A DNA stretch of 64,000 nucleotides. It comes from Octopus vulgaris. Its lineage: Eukaryota. The translations under genes were made by a program, and so were the position numbers. A model generated the notes under the pieces. It did not search any database, had not been told where the DNA came from, and was given only the letters and a program-made list of their open reading frames with translations. The stretch is from the NCBI GenBank assembly GCA_951406725.2, contig OX597817.1, forward strand, positions 159,216,001 to 159,280,000, written 5' to 3'. This document shows positions 13,145 to 25,025 of the stretch, one piece after another. Numbering within the stretch: position 1 is the first letter of the stretch; each line of letters starts with the position of its first letter.

Positions 13145-13921
13145 GGACCTTTTCGGTTTGAACGGCAGTTTTTTCTAGCGGTGTCATATGACATTGTCAC
13201 CCATAATTATGACCCTAGTATCGATCTATTGCATTTCAATCTGTTTTAGGGTTAGGGTTAGGGGTTGAGGGAAGGGTATCTTTTTTCTTCACAAATGTAA
13301 ATAAACACAATCTGTTTCTTAAACGAGGGACATATTCATACGGCACAGAATGCTGTTTTTTTTTTACCTCAACAGACGTCATTGATTGGTTGAAATTGCA
13401 GAAATCGAAGAAAAACAACAACAAATATCTTACAAACCATAGAATTTTCTCAATAAGGCCAAGAGAAAAAGATGTTTTATAAACACATTCTACCAGTATA
13501 CGAAGTTTAAAAGTGTTTAGTTACCTAGAAATTATTTTAAAAAACTGCCGTTCAAACAGGAAGGGTATAAAAAGAGGGACATATTCATACGGCACAGAAT
13601 GTTTTTTTTTACCTCAACAGACGTCATTGATTGGTTGAAATTATTTTAAAAAACTGCCGTTCATACAGGAAGGGTATGAAAAGAGGGACATATTCATACG
13701 GCACAGAATGTTTTTTTTACCTCAACAGACGTCATTGATTGGTTGAAATTGCAGAAATCGAAGAAAAACAACAACAAATATCTTACAAACCATAGAATTT
13801 TCTCAATAAGGCCAAGAGAAAAAGATGTTTTATAAACACATTCTACCAGTATACGAAGTTTAAAAGTGTTTAGTTACCTAGAAATTATTTTAAAAAACTG
13901 CCGTTCAAACCGAAAAGACCC
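13145..13921. mobile_element. Merlin-like MITE, internally duplicated and rearranged copy
   Basis: TIR TTTTCGGTTTGAACGGCAGTTTT / AAAACTGCCGTTCAAACCGAAAA; same family as 14540-14952. Confidence 0.75.
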
Positions 13922-14539
13922 AAGCTTTTATACAGGAAGGGTATAAAAAGAGGGCGATGCTTTGTGTTACAAACTATTGATAGAAATGTGTAAATTCTGA
14001 CGTGTTAGTAGTGTCTTTCATGCGGTTGTATTTAAGTTATTTAAAATTTAATCAGTACTGATAGAATAATGTCTGTGTTTGGAGTTGTATGAACTAAACG
14101 AGTTAAACATATTTTGATAATTTTTAATGATAAGATTTTTCTTAACTGTTATATTGTTTACGCATTTGTTGTTAAGGGTGCAAAGTAAATTCTGCGAATA
14201 ATTATTTGAGTTGTGATGAAAGAAAATATGATAAGAAAAGTAGATATAAAGTATCTAATTGTACGATCTAAAACAGAATAATGCATTGAAAAATATAGGC
14301 AAACAATGATATATCAGAGGAAGAGATATGTTGAAGTAGTAAGGGAAAATATGAAGCTCGTGACAATGTTTTCAAGTTGTCGACTTTAAACAAACTTTAT
14401 TATGGAACGAAGTCGAAGACATAATTGAAAATTTGAACATTATGAAAGAGGTTCGAGCGTTACGCAAAATACAAATTTAACTACGAAACGAAAGCGCAGA
14501 CACAATCGAAATTTTTTACATACTCTAACAAATTCGAAG

Positions 14540-14952
14540 GGATCTCTTCGGTTTGAACGGCAGTTTTTTCTAGCGGTGTCATATGAAATTGTCACCCATA
14601 ATTACGACCCTAGAATCGATCTATTGCATTTCAATCTGTTTTAGGGTTAGGGTTAGTGGTGGGGGGAAGGGTATCTTTTTTTTCTTCACAAATGTAAATA
14701 AACACAATCTATTTCTTAAACGAGGGACATATTCATACGGCACAGAATGCTTTTTAACTCAATAGACGTCATTGATTGGTTGAAATTGCAGAAATTGAAA
14801 AAAAATATATATCTTACAAACCATAGAATTATCTCAATAAAGCCAAGAGATAAAGATGTTTTATAAACACATTCTACCAGTATACGAAGTTTAACATTTT
14901 TTAGTTACCTAGAAATTTTGTTAAAAAACTGCCGTTCAAACCGAAAAGATCC
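14540..14952. mobile_element. Merlin-like MITE
   Basis: TIRs GGATCTCTTCGGTTTGAACGGCAG / CTGCCGTTCAAACCGAAAAGATCC; flanks AATTCGAA(G) / AATTCGAG give a ~8-bp TSD; GG termini with 8-bp TSD fit Merlin (superfamily inferred). Confidence 0.75.
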
Positions 14953-15063
14953 AATTCGAGTGATATTCTATCAACAAGAATAAAACTCTGAAACGAAATC
15001 GGAGACACAATCGAAGTATTTCTATCCATTCATCTCCACCCAATATTTCTGGGAAGATCGTGG

Positions 15064-15382
15064 GAATCTTTTCACTTTGATCGGCAGATTTAAAAAAAAT
15101 AATTTTTTGGTAACTAAACACTTTTAAACTTCGTATACTGGTAGAATGTGTCAAATAAAACATCTTTTTCTCTTGGCGTTCTTGAGAAAATTCTTTGATT
15201 AGTTGAAATTGCCGAAATACGAGAAATTTAACAACAAATAGCTTACAAACTACAGCATTTTCTCAAGAACGCCAAGAGAAAAAGATGTTTTATGTGACGC
15301 ATTCTACCAGTATACGAAGTTTAAAAGTGTTTAGTTACAAAGAAATTATTTTTAAAATCTGCCGGTCAAAGTGAAAAGATCC
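15064..15382. mobile_element. Related foldback MITE with ~130-bp TIRs
   Basis: Exact 8-bp TSD GATCGTGG (15056-15063, 15383-15390); arms are reverse complements. Confidence 0.85.
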
Positions 15383-15389
15383 GATCGTG

Positions 15390-15750
15390 GAGGCAGAGTC
15401 CTAAGACACTTCCTCCACAGTGTCCTATCAGAAACAAACGTTATTACACTTTCTGACTGGATTCCTAAATGTGATTCATTTCTGTCACATTCTAACCACA
15501 TGTCTGTAATACCGGAACTATGGTCCCCCTCAATGCGGAGAAGTAGCGGCTTGACCCGGGGAAGTTCCCTGATCTCCGAGCTCTGCATTCAGTCGAGCAA
15601 CGTTGCTCCGGAAGATACTTCGAGGAAGCCCCGTTGCAGCTACTTGTATACGCGATCCAACACATATTGCGAGTCTAATACGAATACCAGCTTGGTACCT
15701 GGTGCAAATAAGACCACCATTAGGGTAGCCAGGTTCTTAGGTTAGTGGAA
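15390..15750 (-). mobile_element. RTE-clade LINE C-terminal fragment
   Basis: Remnant peptides SSEIRELPRVKPLLLRIE and SDRTLWRKCLRTLPPR. Confidence 0.55.
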
Positions 15751-16544
15751 AAAGCTGACGTAACACATACCAAACAATTTTTAACTCATTTCTCTTACAT
15801 TACGCTAAATATTTCATTACTTATAAGTTAACTGTATTCAACAGTCGTTAATTTCATGTTTCAGTAACAATGTCATTATGTATGCAACTTGCAACTACTG
15901 ATATTGGTGTGATGTGAAAAAGATGAAACTCTCATGTGATCATCCTATGTCAAGAGGTTATGACGTCAGGGTTTGTTTTGGTTCTTCAGATGTCAGCAGC
16001 CACCAGTACATCACAGGTGGTTCAGCAGACAGTTCAAGAACACAGAAGGTTGGCAAAATAAAGTAAAAAAGAGTAAAGACCCTCTTCTGTCAATACTGAC
16101 CATAGGAAGACTACGCGCCTTCATCGGTCAGTTAAAGTTGAGACAGTGACACGTGACAACTTGCTGGGACTGCCTGCTGGAGTCTAGCAGCAGGTATCTA
16201 AAGGGAAAAAAATTGACAAAACAGTCAGTCGCCCGCTGCCACTCGTTGACGCTACATCGAAGAGGCCAGGGAACAGAAGAAAGAAGAAGAAAGAAGACAT
16301 GCACCCAACACTAGAGTTGAAGACACCTCCGAAAGGGGGGCGCCACGTCAAAACGATAGAGGAGTAGGGGCCGAAATCGGACGTGGTTCCTCCTGATGAT
16401 GTCTTGAGCTAACTGGATCCTATTAAGGAACTGTTGTTGTAGCAGACCACGAACCACGGTTGAAATTCCCAGAAAGTTATCCTCCAAGGAAGACCAGCAG
16501 TCGCCCATGTATGCCAGTCTTCCCCCTCTCCAAGCCACCGATGT

Positions 16545-16742
16545 TATTCAAGGGAAAAGCAAAGGCCGATACAACCTGGCACCAGTAACGTCGCAACTCA
16601 TTTCTACGGCTGAGTAAACTGAGCAACGTGAAATAAAGTGTCTTGCTCAAGAACGCAACACACGGCCCGACCGGGAATCGAACTCACTACCTCACGATTG
16701 TGAGCCAGACGATTGTGAACCACTGAGTCATGCACCTTCACA
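16545..16742 (-). mobile_element. SINE family D-related copy
   Basis: tRNA-like head plus TTCTTGAGCAAGACACTTTATTTCACGTTGCTC core on the minus strand. Confidence 0.7.
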
Positions 16743-17139
16743 AATAAAGTAATGATTCCAGAAAGTTCTTTCAAGGCATGCAATTATCTAAAACAAACAA
16801 AAAAAAAAAAAAAAAAAGATATTCCACTTTTATCGCACAGGTGAATTAAAGAGTTTAAAGAGATTGTTGAAAAGGGGCCAGTTTTGAAAAATGTGCTCGT
16901 GGGAGGAGGCCGAAAGAAATACGTCCTGGGGTCGATTTGCTCGACTAAAGGCGATGCTCCAGCATGGCCACAGTCACATGACTGAAACAAGTAAAAGAAT
17001 AAAATAAGTAACAGATTGGTCATACATTTACTGTACTTTTATTTCTCATTAGTTAACATTAAAAAAAAAAACAATTCCGTCAAATATCAGCAGCGGAACA
17101 TAGCCACTGTCTTTAACATTATTTCTATGTGGATAAATC

Positions 17140-17229
17140 TCTCCCTTAAATAGCTCTCACTTAACGATCAGTCATTTAACGATCTCTCACTTAGCGATCT
17201 TTCATTTTACGATCTCTTACTTAACGACT
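17140..17229. repeat. 15-bp minisatellite (CTCTCACTTAACGAT), ~6 degenerate copies
   Basis: Seen directly. Confidence 0.7.
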
Positions 17230-17343
17230 GAACATTTGGAAACAATTGAATCGATAAGGCGAGTCGTATTCTAATTGGTATTTACAAGCTTACTGTAAGG
17301 CAAAATGCTTAACGGCATTTTTCCCGGCCTTATATTCTGAGTG

Positions 17344-17732
17344 GTGGAGGCGCAATGGCCCAGTGGCTAGGGCAGCGGACTCGCGGTCATAGGATCGCGG
17401 TTTCGATTCCCAGACCGGGTGTTGTCAGTGTTTATTGAGCGAAAACACCTAAAGCTCCACGAGGCTCTGGCAGGGGATGGTGGTGATCCCTGCTGTACTC
17501 TTTCACCACAACTTTCTCTCACCCTTACTTCCTGTTTCTGTTGTACCTGCATTTCAAAGGGCCAGCCTTGTCACTCTCTGTGTCACGCTGAATATCCCCG
17601 AGAACTACGTTATGGGTACACGTGTCTGTGGAGTGCTCAGCCACTTGCACGTTAATTTCACGAGCAGGCTGTTCCGTTGATTGGATCAACCGGAACCCTC
17701 ATCGTCGTAACCGACGGAGTGCTTCCATCATC
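17344..17732 (+). mobile_element. SINE family B inserted into a decayed family C copy
   Basis: TSD ATATTCTGAGT at 17332-17342 and 17733-17743. Confidence 0.9.
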
Positions 17733-17963
17733 ATATTCTGAGTTCAAATTCCGCCGAGGTCGACTATGCCCTTCATCTTTACGGAGTCGATAAATAAGTA
17801 TCAATTGAACACTGAAATCAATGTAATCCACTAGCCCCATTCCCCCAAATTTCAGGCCCTTTGTCTATAGTAGAAAGGATCTACAAGCTTATTTTGAGCT
17901 GATTCGTGTGAGGGTGCGTGGTTTAATGATTCGGGTGTTTCACTGACGATCGCGTGATCGCGG

Positions 17964-18068
17964 GTGCGTTTCCCGTACCGAACAGTGCGTTTCCCGTACC
18001 GAACAGTGCGTTTCCCGTACCGAACAGTGAGTTTCCCGTACCGAACAGTGAGTTTCCTGTACCGAACA
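17964..18068. repeat. 21-bp tandem repeat x5 (GTGCGTTTCCCGTACCGAACA) inside a family D SINE head
   Basis: Seen directly; preceded by a tRNA-like head and followed by TGTGTTCTTGAGCAAAACACTTCA. Confidence 0.9.
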
Positions 18069-18240
18069 TTGCGTTGTGTTCTTGAGCAAAACACTTCACC
18101 TCCTCGATTAATTCAACATTTAACGTGTGGCACACCATGCACCTGTACAGGCAATGTCGGTTTGCTGGCGGAGTGAGCTAATGTACATCACATAGATTTG
18201 ATCATTATAGACAACTCATCTGTGCAGGTTGTTCAGCAAG

Positions 18241-18636
18241 TTGGCAGAAACATTAGCACGCCGGGCGAAATGCTTAGCGGTATTTCGTCTGCCGTTACAT
18301 TCTGAGTTCAAATTCCGCCGAGGTCGACTTAGCCTTTCATCCTTTCGGGGTCGATAAATTAAGTACCAGTTACACACTGGGGTCGATGTAATCGACTTAA
18401 TCCGTTTGTTTGTCCTTGTTTGTCCCCTCTGTGTTTAGCCCCTTGTGGGTAGTAAAGAAATAGGTATTTCGTCTGCCGTTACGTTCTGAGTTCAAATTCC
18501 GCCGAGGTCGACTTAGCCTTTCATCCTTTCGGAGTCGATAAATTAAGTACCAGTTACACACTGGGGTCGATGTAATCGTTTGTTTGTCCTTGTTTGTCCC
18601 CTCTGTGTTTAGCCCCCTGTGGGTAGCAAAGAAATA
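18241..18636 (+). mobile_element. SINE family C dimer
   Basis: Two units; TSD GGTTGTTCAGCAAG on both sides. Confidence 0.88.
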
Positions 18637-18843
18637 GGTTGTTCAGCAAGAAATTGCAGAACCGTCTTTCTCGGACTCGACTGAACACCGTTACACTTCG
18701 CACTGAAGGGGTTGACAGATGTGGCAAATATTTTCGCGTGTGAGTACAGATCGCTGAAAATGGCCTTCTTTGTCTTGACTACACAATCGCGTCATTCTTT
18801 TTGGTACAATTTATAAAGATACTTTGCTTTGTGTATTAAATAA

Positions 18844-20599
18844 CACTGAACAACAAATTTCAGGGTCAAGAAAAAGACATAATTCTCATGTACATTTTAT
18901 TATGAGGTTGATTGTGCTAAATTCGAATTTTGTAACAAAAATTTCCCATCGCGTCACATTTTCTTGTAATTTACCGACTAAATAACTATGCAGTTTATAC
19001 CAGTTTCCACGATATTTTGCTCCCAAAGTCAAATTAAGTATGTCCATTGTAATTAATTCATAAATATATAATGAATCAGCATGTTTGTTAGAATTATGTG
19101 ATGTATTAACCTACATTTTAGTTTTTACTTCCTCGTTCATAAGACGTCTCATGCGTGTGACGCTTCAGGTTGCAGCAGAGGTCAGCCAGCATAGCTGGGT
19201 TTCATTTTCCCTTATACTTGTTTTCTATTGACGCTATATCTTGATGGAATCTCTCTCCATGTTCATCACGCACATCTGCATTCTCTGGGAAGAAGGACAG
19301 ATGAGGATGAATAAAGTGTATTTTCAGTGACATATTGCACCCATAATCTTGGTAGCACTTGATTAGGCTCTCCACTATACTCTCTCTCGCTGTGCCACTT
19401 GGTGCTTTCCCAAAAGTCCTTCGCATACATCTTTGAATGCATGCCAGGCTGCGAGCTCAGTTTCATCTATTGTCGCCTCGAAGTCCTCATCAGCTATAAG
19501 TTGACGAATCTGAGGGCCTATGAATCTGCCCTATTTAATCTCGGCATCACTTATGTTAGGGAAGATCGCCTTGAGCTACTGGAAACATGGCTTGTTATAT
19601 TGCAGTGCCTTGGTAAATTGCTTCATTAGGCCTAATTTTATATGCAATATGGTAAAATGATTTTCTCCTTAACTAGTGGCTAATGACTTACATTATGGCA
19701 TCCAGGCATCGTAGTTTCCTGAGGTAGCCATTCTGAGCGTACATAATGTTCTGATCTGGCCCTACTATCCTGCTTGCAAAGAAAGCACATAAACTTGGTG
19801 TATCCAGTTTGTAGCCCATTAAGTAGGGCTACTACTTTCAAGTCCGCACAAATTAGCCACTCATGCTCCTTGTAACTTATACAGTCTAGAATAAAAGCGA
19901 GGTTCCCATATGTCTCTCTTAAAATTACTGACTTAGCAATTGGAACTGAAGGCATGGTGTTCCCAATGTGCAACAGAACCGCTTTTATGCTGTAAAGGGA
20001 TGCATCCATGAATAACCTCCACTCATTTGGTTCATAGGTCAGCTCAAGGGCATTGGATATGTCTCTGATATCATTACAATAACTCAAGTTGTTTTCCAAA
20101 GTTAAGAATTGTTGTAGATCTGCAGAACACTTCCTAAATACTGTAATTCGAGCATCTTTGTCCAACAGGTTCTATTGTTGCAGGAGTTGGGCCAGGACTT
20201 CACTCTGTTGCTTAGTAAGTGTTAGATCACGAACTAGATCATTGAGTTCAAGTTGGGTGCTGAGGTGGTTTCTTGTCAGATTTACAACGGATTTGGACCC
20301 ATACAACTATAAAAATATTGAGTGCACTTCTATAATTTTCATAGGTTACATTTACAAATACCTTAGGAACACCCCGTCAAAATTATATCAAAATCTGTTC
20401 ATAACTTTTAGAGTTGTCAGTTTCGGCCAAATCTTGTTTGCACTCAATTCCTACGGAACCATCAGTGTATATAACGTAAATAAGATGGTAGTTTACGAGA
20501 GACTGAAGGGTCATAGAAAGAAACGGATGCTATATTCGTAATCTACACACAAAATAGCCCCAGAGAAGGTTATTCTCATTTCCGTTTTGTTTTTCATTG
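18844..20599 (-). mobile_element. Chapaev3-like (CMC) DNA transposon with decayed transposase
   Basis: Peptides WRLFMDASLYSIKAVLLHIGN, ICADLKVVALLNGLQTGYTKFMCFLC, GCNMSLKIHF, DEHGERFHQDI; left end TAA|CACTGAACAACAAA, degenerate right end TTTGTTTTTCATTG|TTA. Confidence 0.8.
19145..20270 (-). pseudogene. Transposase pseudogene with stops and frameshifts
   Basis: ORF pieces 19680-20165 and 19202-19426 belong to one protein family. Confidence 0.85.
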
Positions 20600-20977
20600 T
20601 TATACATTGTGATTTTCGACTCGGTAGGATAGTATACGAAGGAGATTTTAACAATGATTTCTTGCAGATCTGGAGAACGTACAGAAGGTTCTTCTCTAGG
20701 TTATTATGGTTAAGTGGTGGTGACAGTGGTGGAGATGGTGTGATAATTACTCTGTATGAGCATCAGTCATTAATGATAAATTACTATGAATTACAGCTGT
20801 CCCCAAAAAGGAGAAGGCTTATATGCTGTAGATTAAATTAGTCTAATTATATATATATATATATATATATAGATAGATAGATAGATAGATACATACATAC
20901 ATACATACATACATACATACATACATACATACATACATACATACACACACGCGTGAGCGCACGCACACACGCACACA

Positions 20978-21180
20978 CATGGCTTAGTGGTTAGAATGTT
21001 GCATTCTTGATCGTAAGAATGTGGCTTCGATTTCTGGACCGCGCGATGCATTGTGTTCTTGAGCAAAACACTTTATTTCACATTGCTCCAGTCCACTCAG
21101 CTGGCAAAAACGAGTAATCCTGCGACGGATCGGCGTCTTGTCCAGGGGAAAATATATTCGTCGTAGGATCCAGGAAACTT
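20978..21180 (+). mobile_element. SINE family D
   Basis: TGGCTTAGTGGTTAG head; TTCTTGAGCAAAACACTT...GCTCCAGTCCACTCAGCTG core. Confidence 0.75.
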
Positions 21181-21181
21181 A

Positions 21182-21222
<41 letters not shown>

Positions 21223-21409
21223 CCATGTAACCACACACGAACATTTTTTGGACTATTTTTCCTTTTCACCAGACCTTCTATCCTCTTTCGGACGAAAAGC
21301 CTGCTCGAAACGTTACTCACCCCTCCTTTTTTCGAGCTTGAACTGAACGTCAATCTAATACTATGAACATCCTTTTGATTTTGTTGTGTTTATGTTTATT
21401 TTCGATTTG

Positions 21410-21454
<45 letters not shown>

Positions 21455-21874
21455 TATATATAAAACTGAAATGCGTTTTTACCGCTTGGATCGCTTTCAA
21501 TGTCACTACGTCCCATCCGATTCGCTCCAAATTTGACAGGGACATGTAGAATGAGGTGACGATGCTCGTGGGCTACCTTAGAAATCCCTATCTTAAAAGG
21601 TGTGGTTGCTAGGGGTCATCTTCCTCACTCACGCTATTTCCTACATTCCCCCTTAACTCCCCTTCATTTATAACTTTGACAATTCCACTCCCGTTATTTA
21701 ATGTAAGAACATTTTCACTCACTCTATCTCTTAGCTTCCCATAACTTTTACTCATGTATCTGTCTGCATTCATACAGAGAAACAAATATTCCATCGCCAT
21801 CGCCACCGCTTTCTATTGTCTACCTGACAACGCGCCCATCGACCAAATACAAACAGAACACACCAACGAGCGTT

Positions 21875-21909
<35 letters not shown>

Positions 21910-23146
21910 TCTATATATAAATATGTATATATAATGTATATATACAAAGTGTATATATTTGTATTTATGTATATTAAACTTTTTAATACTTTTTGATAGT
22001 TACGTAAAGGGAACTGATTGCTTCTTTACACTTTTTGGGTGCAACTTGGGTGCGAGACAGATCATTTTCTCTGTTAATTACGTGACCAACAGGGGTCTAA
22101 CAGGGGGAAATTATGCCTAAACATGAGCGCAGCGCATGTGAACATCCGACGTGCTTTGAGTCGGGAGAAGAATTGAGCTGACGCAGACGTGTTGCAAAAC
22201 AAGGGAGTACACGTGCAGAACAGAGGTGTATGAGTGCAATAGGGCTTGCTAGGCTGAAATACAGTGTACAGTATTGAATATCCCAGTGATTAATGCGGTA
22301 AGGCTGAGGCTGCCAGTCAGTGCTTGAGCTATTATATGCCTCGGTCGTGCAGGAACAAAAGTGTGGCATGCTGGCGCGTTGTAAGGGACAAACAACTTTC
22401 TCTATGTATGCGTGACCGACCTAGGGTCTTACAGAGATGAGTTGTGTTTACAAGGGTACATTGAGCATGGAAAACAAGCGAGAAAGGCATGTGTGGTGTA
22501 TGAATGTGACAGAGATAGCATTTGTGTGTGTATTAACTATGTGTGTTCGTGTGTGCGACAGAAGTACAAACAAGGTGTATGCGGGCAAAACAAAATACAG
22601 CGCATAGGAAAAATCTCTCAGGGTATTTCAGACAAGATGGAGTTAATTTACCAGTTCGTAGTAAAGTACATAATAGCAGTTCGTTCTGTAACAGGATGTT
22701 CGGATCACAAGTGCAGATGCCGGTTGAACACATGTCGTGTAGTGGTTGTAGCTTCAATGCTGTGCCAGGTTACATTGGTACAGAAGATCTCGCAGGTAGT
22801 GCTGTGCTGTTAACCTCGGTGAAAATCATAACAGCGTGAAAGCTAAACCTGAATGAGTGCTATGTACATATTAGTGTTGCTGGAGATGAAGGCGACGAAG
22901 ATGTAGACGACGTGAAGGTGAAGGACGACGATGGTGATGGCGACGGCAGAGAAAGGCGACGTTGAGATGAAGGCGTCGGTGGCGTTGCTGGTGTATGTTA
23001 GCGTCGTCATTGGCTGGAGCAGGAACATGACTGGCTGGTCTGGTCGTCTGCCGCTGGAACTGGAACATGGTTGAGTAAGCTCTGTGTGGATGAAGACTGC
23101 AGCGGATTGATTGGTTCAGACTAGGTATAAACTAGATTTTTAGCTA

Positions 23147-23401
23147 AGTGTTCTATGGTCTATGACCAGAACTCGGGAAACTTGGTTGAGTGTTCTATGG
23201 TCTATGACCAGAACTCGGGAAACTTGCTTGACTGTTCTATGGTCTATGACCAGAACTCGGGAAACTTGCTTGAGTGTTCTATGGTCTATGACCAGAACTC
23301 GGGAAACTTGCTTGAGTGTTCTATGGTCTATGACCAGAACTCGGGAAACTTGCTTGAGTGTTCTATGGTCTATGACCAGAACTCGGGAAACTTGGTTGAG
23401 T
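23147..23401. repeat. 42-bp tandem repeat x6
   Basis: Unit AGTGTTCTATGGTCTATGACCAGAACTCGGGAAACTTGCTTG; near-identical copies, no spacers. Confidence 0.95.
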
Positions 23402-24088
23402 CCTCATCTTATAAAATGTGGCCCCACTAGACCCAAATGAAATCGGGTTATATTAACCAAAATGTGAAAAGGGGTCTAAATGGGGCTGGAAGGGGATTAA
23501 AATTTAAAGGAGCGGGTGTTTAGCAATTCTCTGTTAAATCAAGCTAAAAAATTTGCGCCAGCCTTTTATTCGTCAATGTGTTGCCGTCCATGATGAAGAA
23601 GTTTTGAATGCTTGCCATCGTGTGTCTACCGTCGTGAGAAAGAATCAATTCAAAACTTGGTTTTTAGGGATTTTCTTTTACATCAAGTTCAAAATTTTAC
23701 GCCAGCCGTTGAACTGTCAATACGTTGCTGTCCGTCGTTAAGAAATGCCAGCCATGGTGACTCTACTATCCTCAAATTTTATCCCTTCAAACTTTGGTTT
23801 CCAATATTTTATTATTTTTATTCAGCTCGCAAGTTCGTCTATCCCTTTTAAATGTTAGTGTTTTGCTGTCTGCCTTGAAGCAGACCTTTCCGTTGTTACT
23901 GCCTGATATTTATGATTGATCTTTCTAAATATTTTATTTCTCAACTTACTCAAGATCTTTTGTTGTTTATAAATGGGAGAGAGATAGATAAAGATAGAGA
24001 GTAAGAGAAAGCGAGGGAGAGTCCGAGAGAAAGGAAGAGTAAGAGAGTGGGAAAGTGAGAGAGAAAGGAGAGAGAAACAAAGAGGGAG

Positions 24089-24089
<1 letters not shown>

Positions 24090-24119
<30 letters not shown>

Positions 24120-24412
24120 GTTTAACGTCCGTGTTCCGTGCTAGCACGGGTTGGACAGTTTGACAGGGGTCTGGGAAGCCAGGAGGCTGCACCAGGCTCT
24201 AGTCTGATCTGGCAATGTTTCTACAGGTGTATGCCCTTCCTAACGCCAACCACTCTGTGAGCGTAGTGGGTGCTTTTTTCGTGCCGCCGGCACAGGTGCC
24301 AGGGGGGCTGGCAGCGGCTACGATCGGTTGGTGCTTTTTACGTGCCACCAGCACAGAAGCCAGTCAAGGCGGCGCTGCAATCCACCACGTTCGGATGGTG
24401 CTTTTTACGTGC
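24090..24412 (-). mobile_element. Family E retroposon 3' end with (GAT)n tail
   Basis: Reverse complement of GGTTGGCGTTAGGAAGGGCAT...GGACGTTAAACGATGATG; also at 28880 and 29500. Confidence 0.75.
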
Positions 24413-24509
24413 TGAAAGGAAGCAACAGAAAGTAACAACCACACTCTTACCCGCGCGTAGAGCGGGTCACCTTCAGCTAGTATATATATATATATACATA
24501 CAATCTTGA

Positions 24510-24709
24510 TATTTTACTTACTTCAGTTAGTTATGAACAGCAGCCATGTTGAAACACTACCGCGAAGATTTAGTCCAACAAATCAACGCCAATAGAATTT
24601 TTTTTTCTTTTGTAAGCTTAATGCTTTTTCTCTTGGTTTCGTTTTTGAAATAATTTAAGGGGACACAACAAAAACAACACCGGTTAGTTGTAGTGTGGTA
24701 CAATCACAA

Positions 24710-24741
<32 letters not shown>

Positions 24742-24910
24742 GTATATATGCACATCAGTTTTCTCGTTTCCCTCTGCCAAATCTACTCACAAGGTTTTGG
24801 TCACCCAGGGGCCTGAGTAGAAGACACTTGCCCAGAGTATCACGCAGTGAGACTGAACCTGGAACCATTTGGTTGAAAAGCAAACTTCTGACCACAGTCA
24901 CGCTTGCGCC
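24510..24910 (-). mobile_element. Old, diverged SINE family A
   Basis: Recognisable AGAAGACACTTGCCC and GACTGAACC blocks. Confidence 0.65.
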
Positions 24911-24941
24911 GAACAGTTCGACGCATTTCCATGTGACTGAA

Positions 24942-25025
24942 AGTTTCGTAGGTGCGTAGGACGAACCTCTCTCATCAGAAATCGATTTCTGACGAGATGG
25001 GCTCGTCCTATGCACCTACGAAACT
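24942..25025. ncRNA. 84-bp palindrome with a hammerhead-ribozyme-like core on each strand
   Basis: 42-bp arms, 5 mismatches, no loop; plus strand CTGACGAG...GAAACTGGTGTC, minus strand CTGATGAG...GAAACTTTCAGTC; activity unproven. Confidence 0.5.

Larger units (their letters stand above)
21453..24480 (+). mobile_element. Non-autonomous Helitron with cargo
   Basis: 5' TCTATATATAAAA; 3' hairpin ACCCGC-7nt-GCGGGT (24449-24467) 9 nt before CTAG|T; (TA)n on both flanks; pairing of the two ends is inferred. Confidence 0.7.

Noticed and set aside
13246-13265. TTAGGG repeats as an interstitial telomere
   Set aside because: Only 2-3 units, part of the MITE sequence (also at ~14641)
15990-16048. Possible plus-strand mini-exon (TTCTTCAG|ATGTCAGCA...AGAAG|GTTGGC)
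   Set aside because: Weak donor, short, no recognisable peptide; expected by chance
17344-17420. tRNA genes at SINE heads
   Set aside because: A/B boxes are present but the cloverleaf is degenerate and always fused to a SINE body
23147-23401. Palindromic 42-bp repeats as a CRISPR array
   Set aside because: No unique spacers, no cas genes, eukaryotic context
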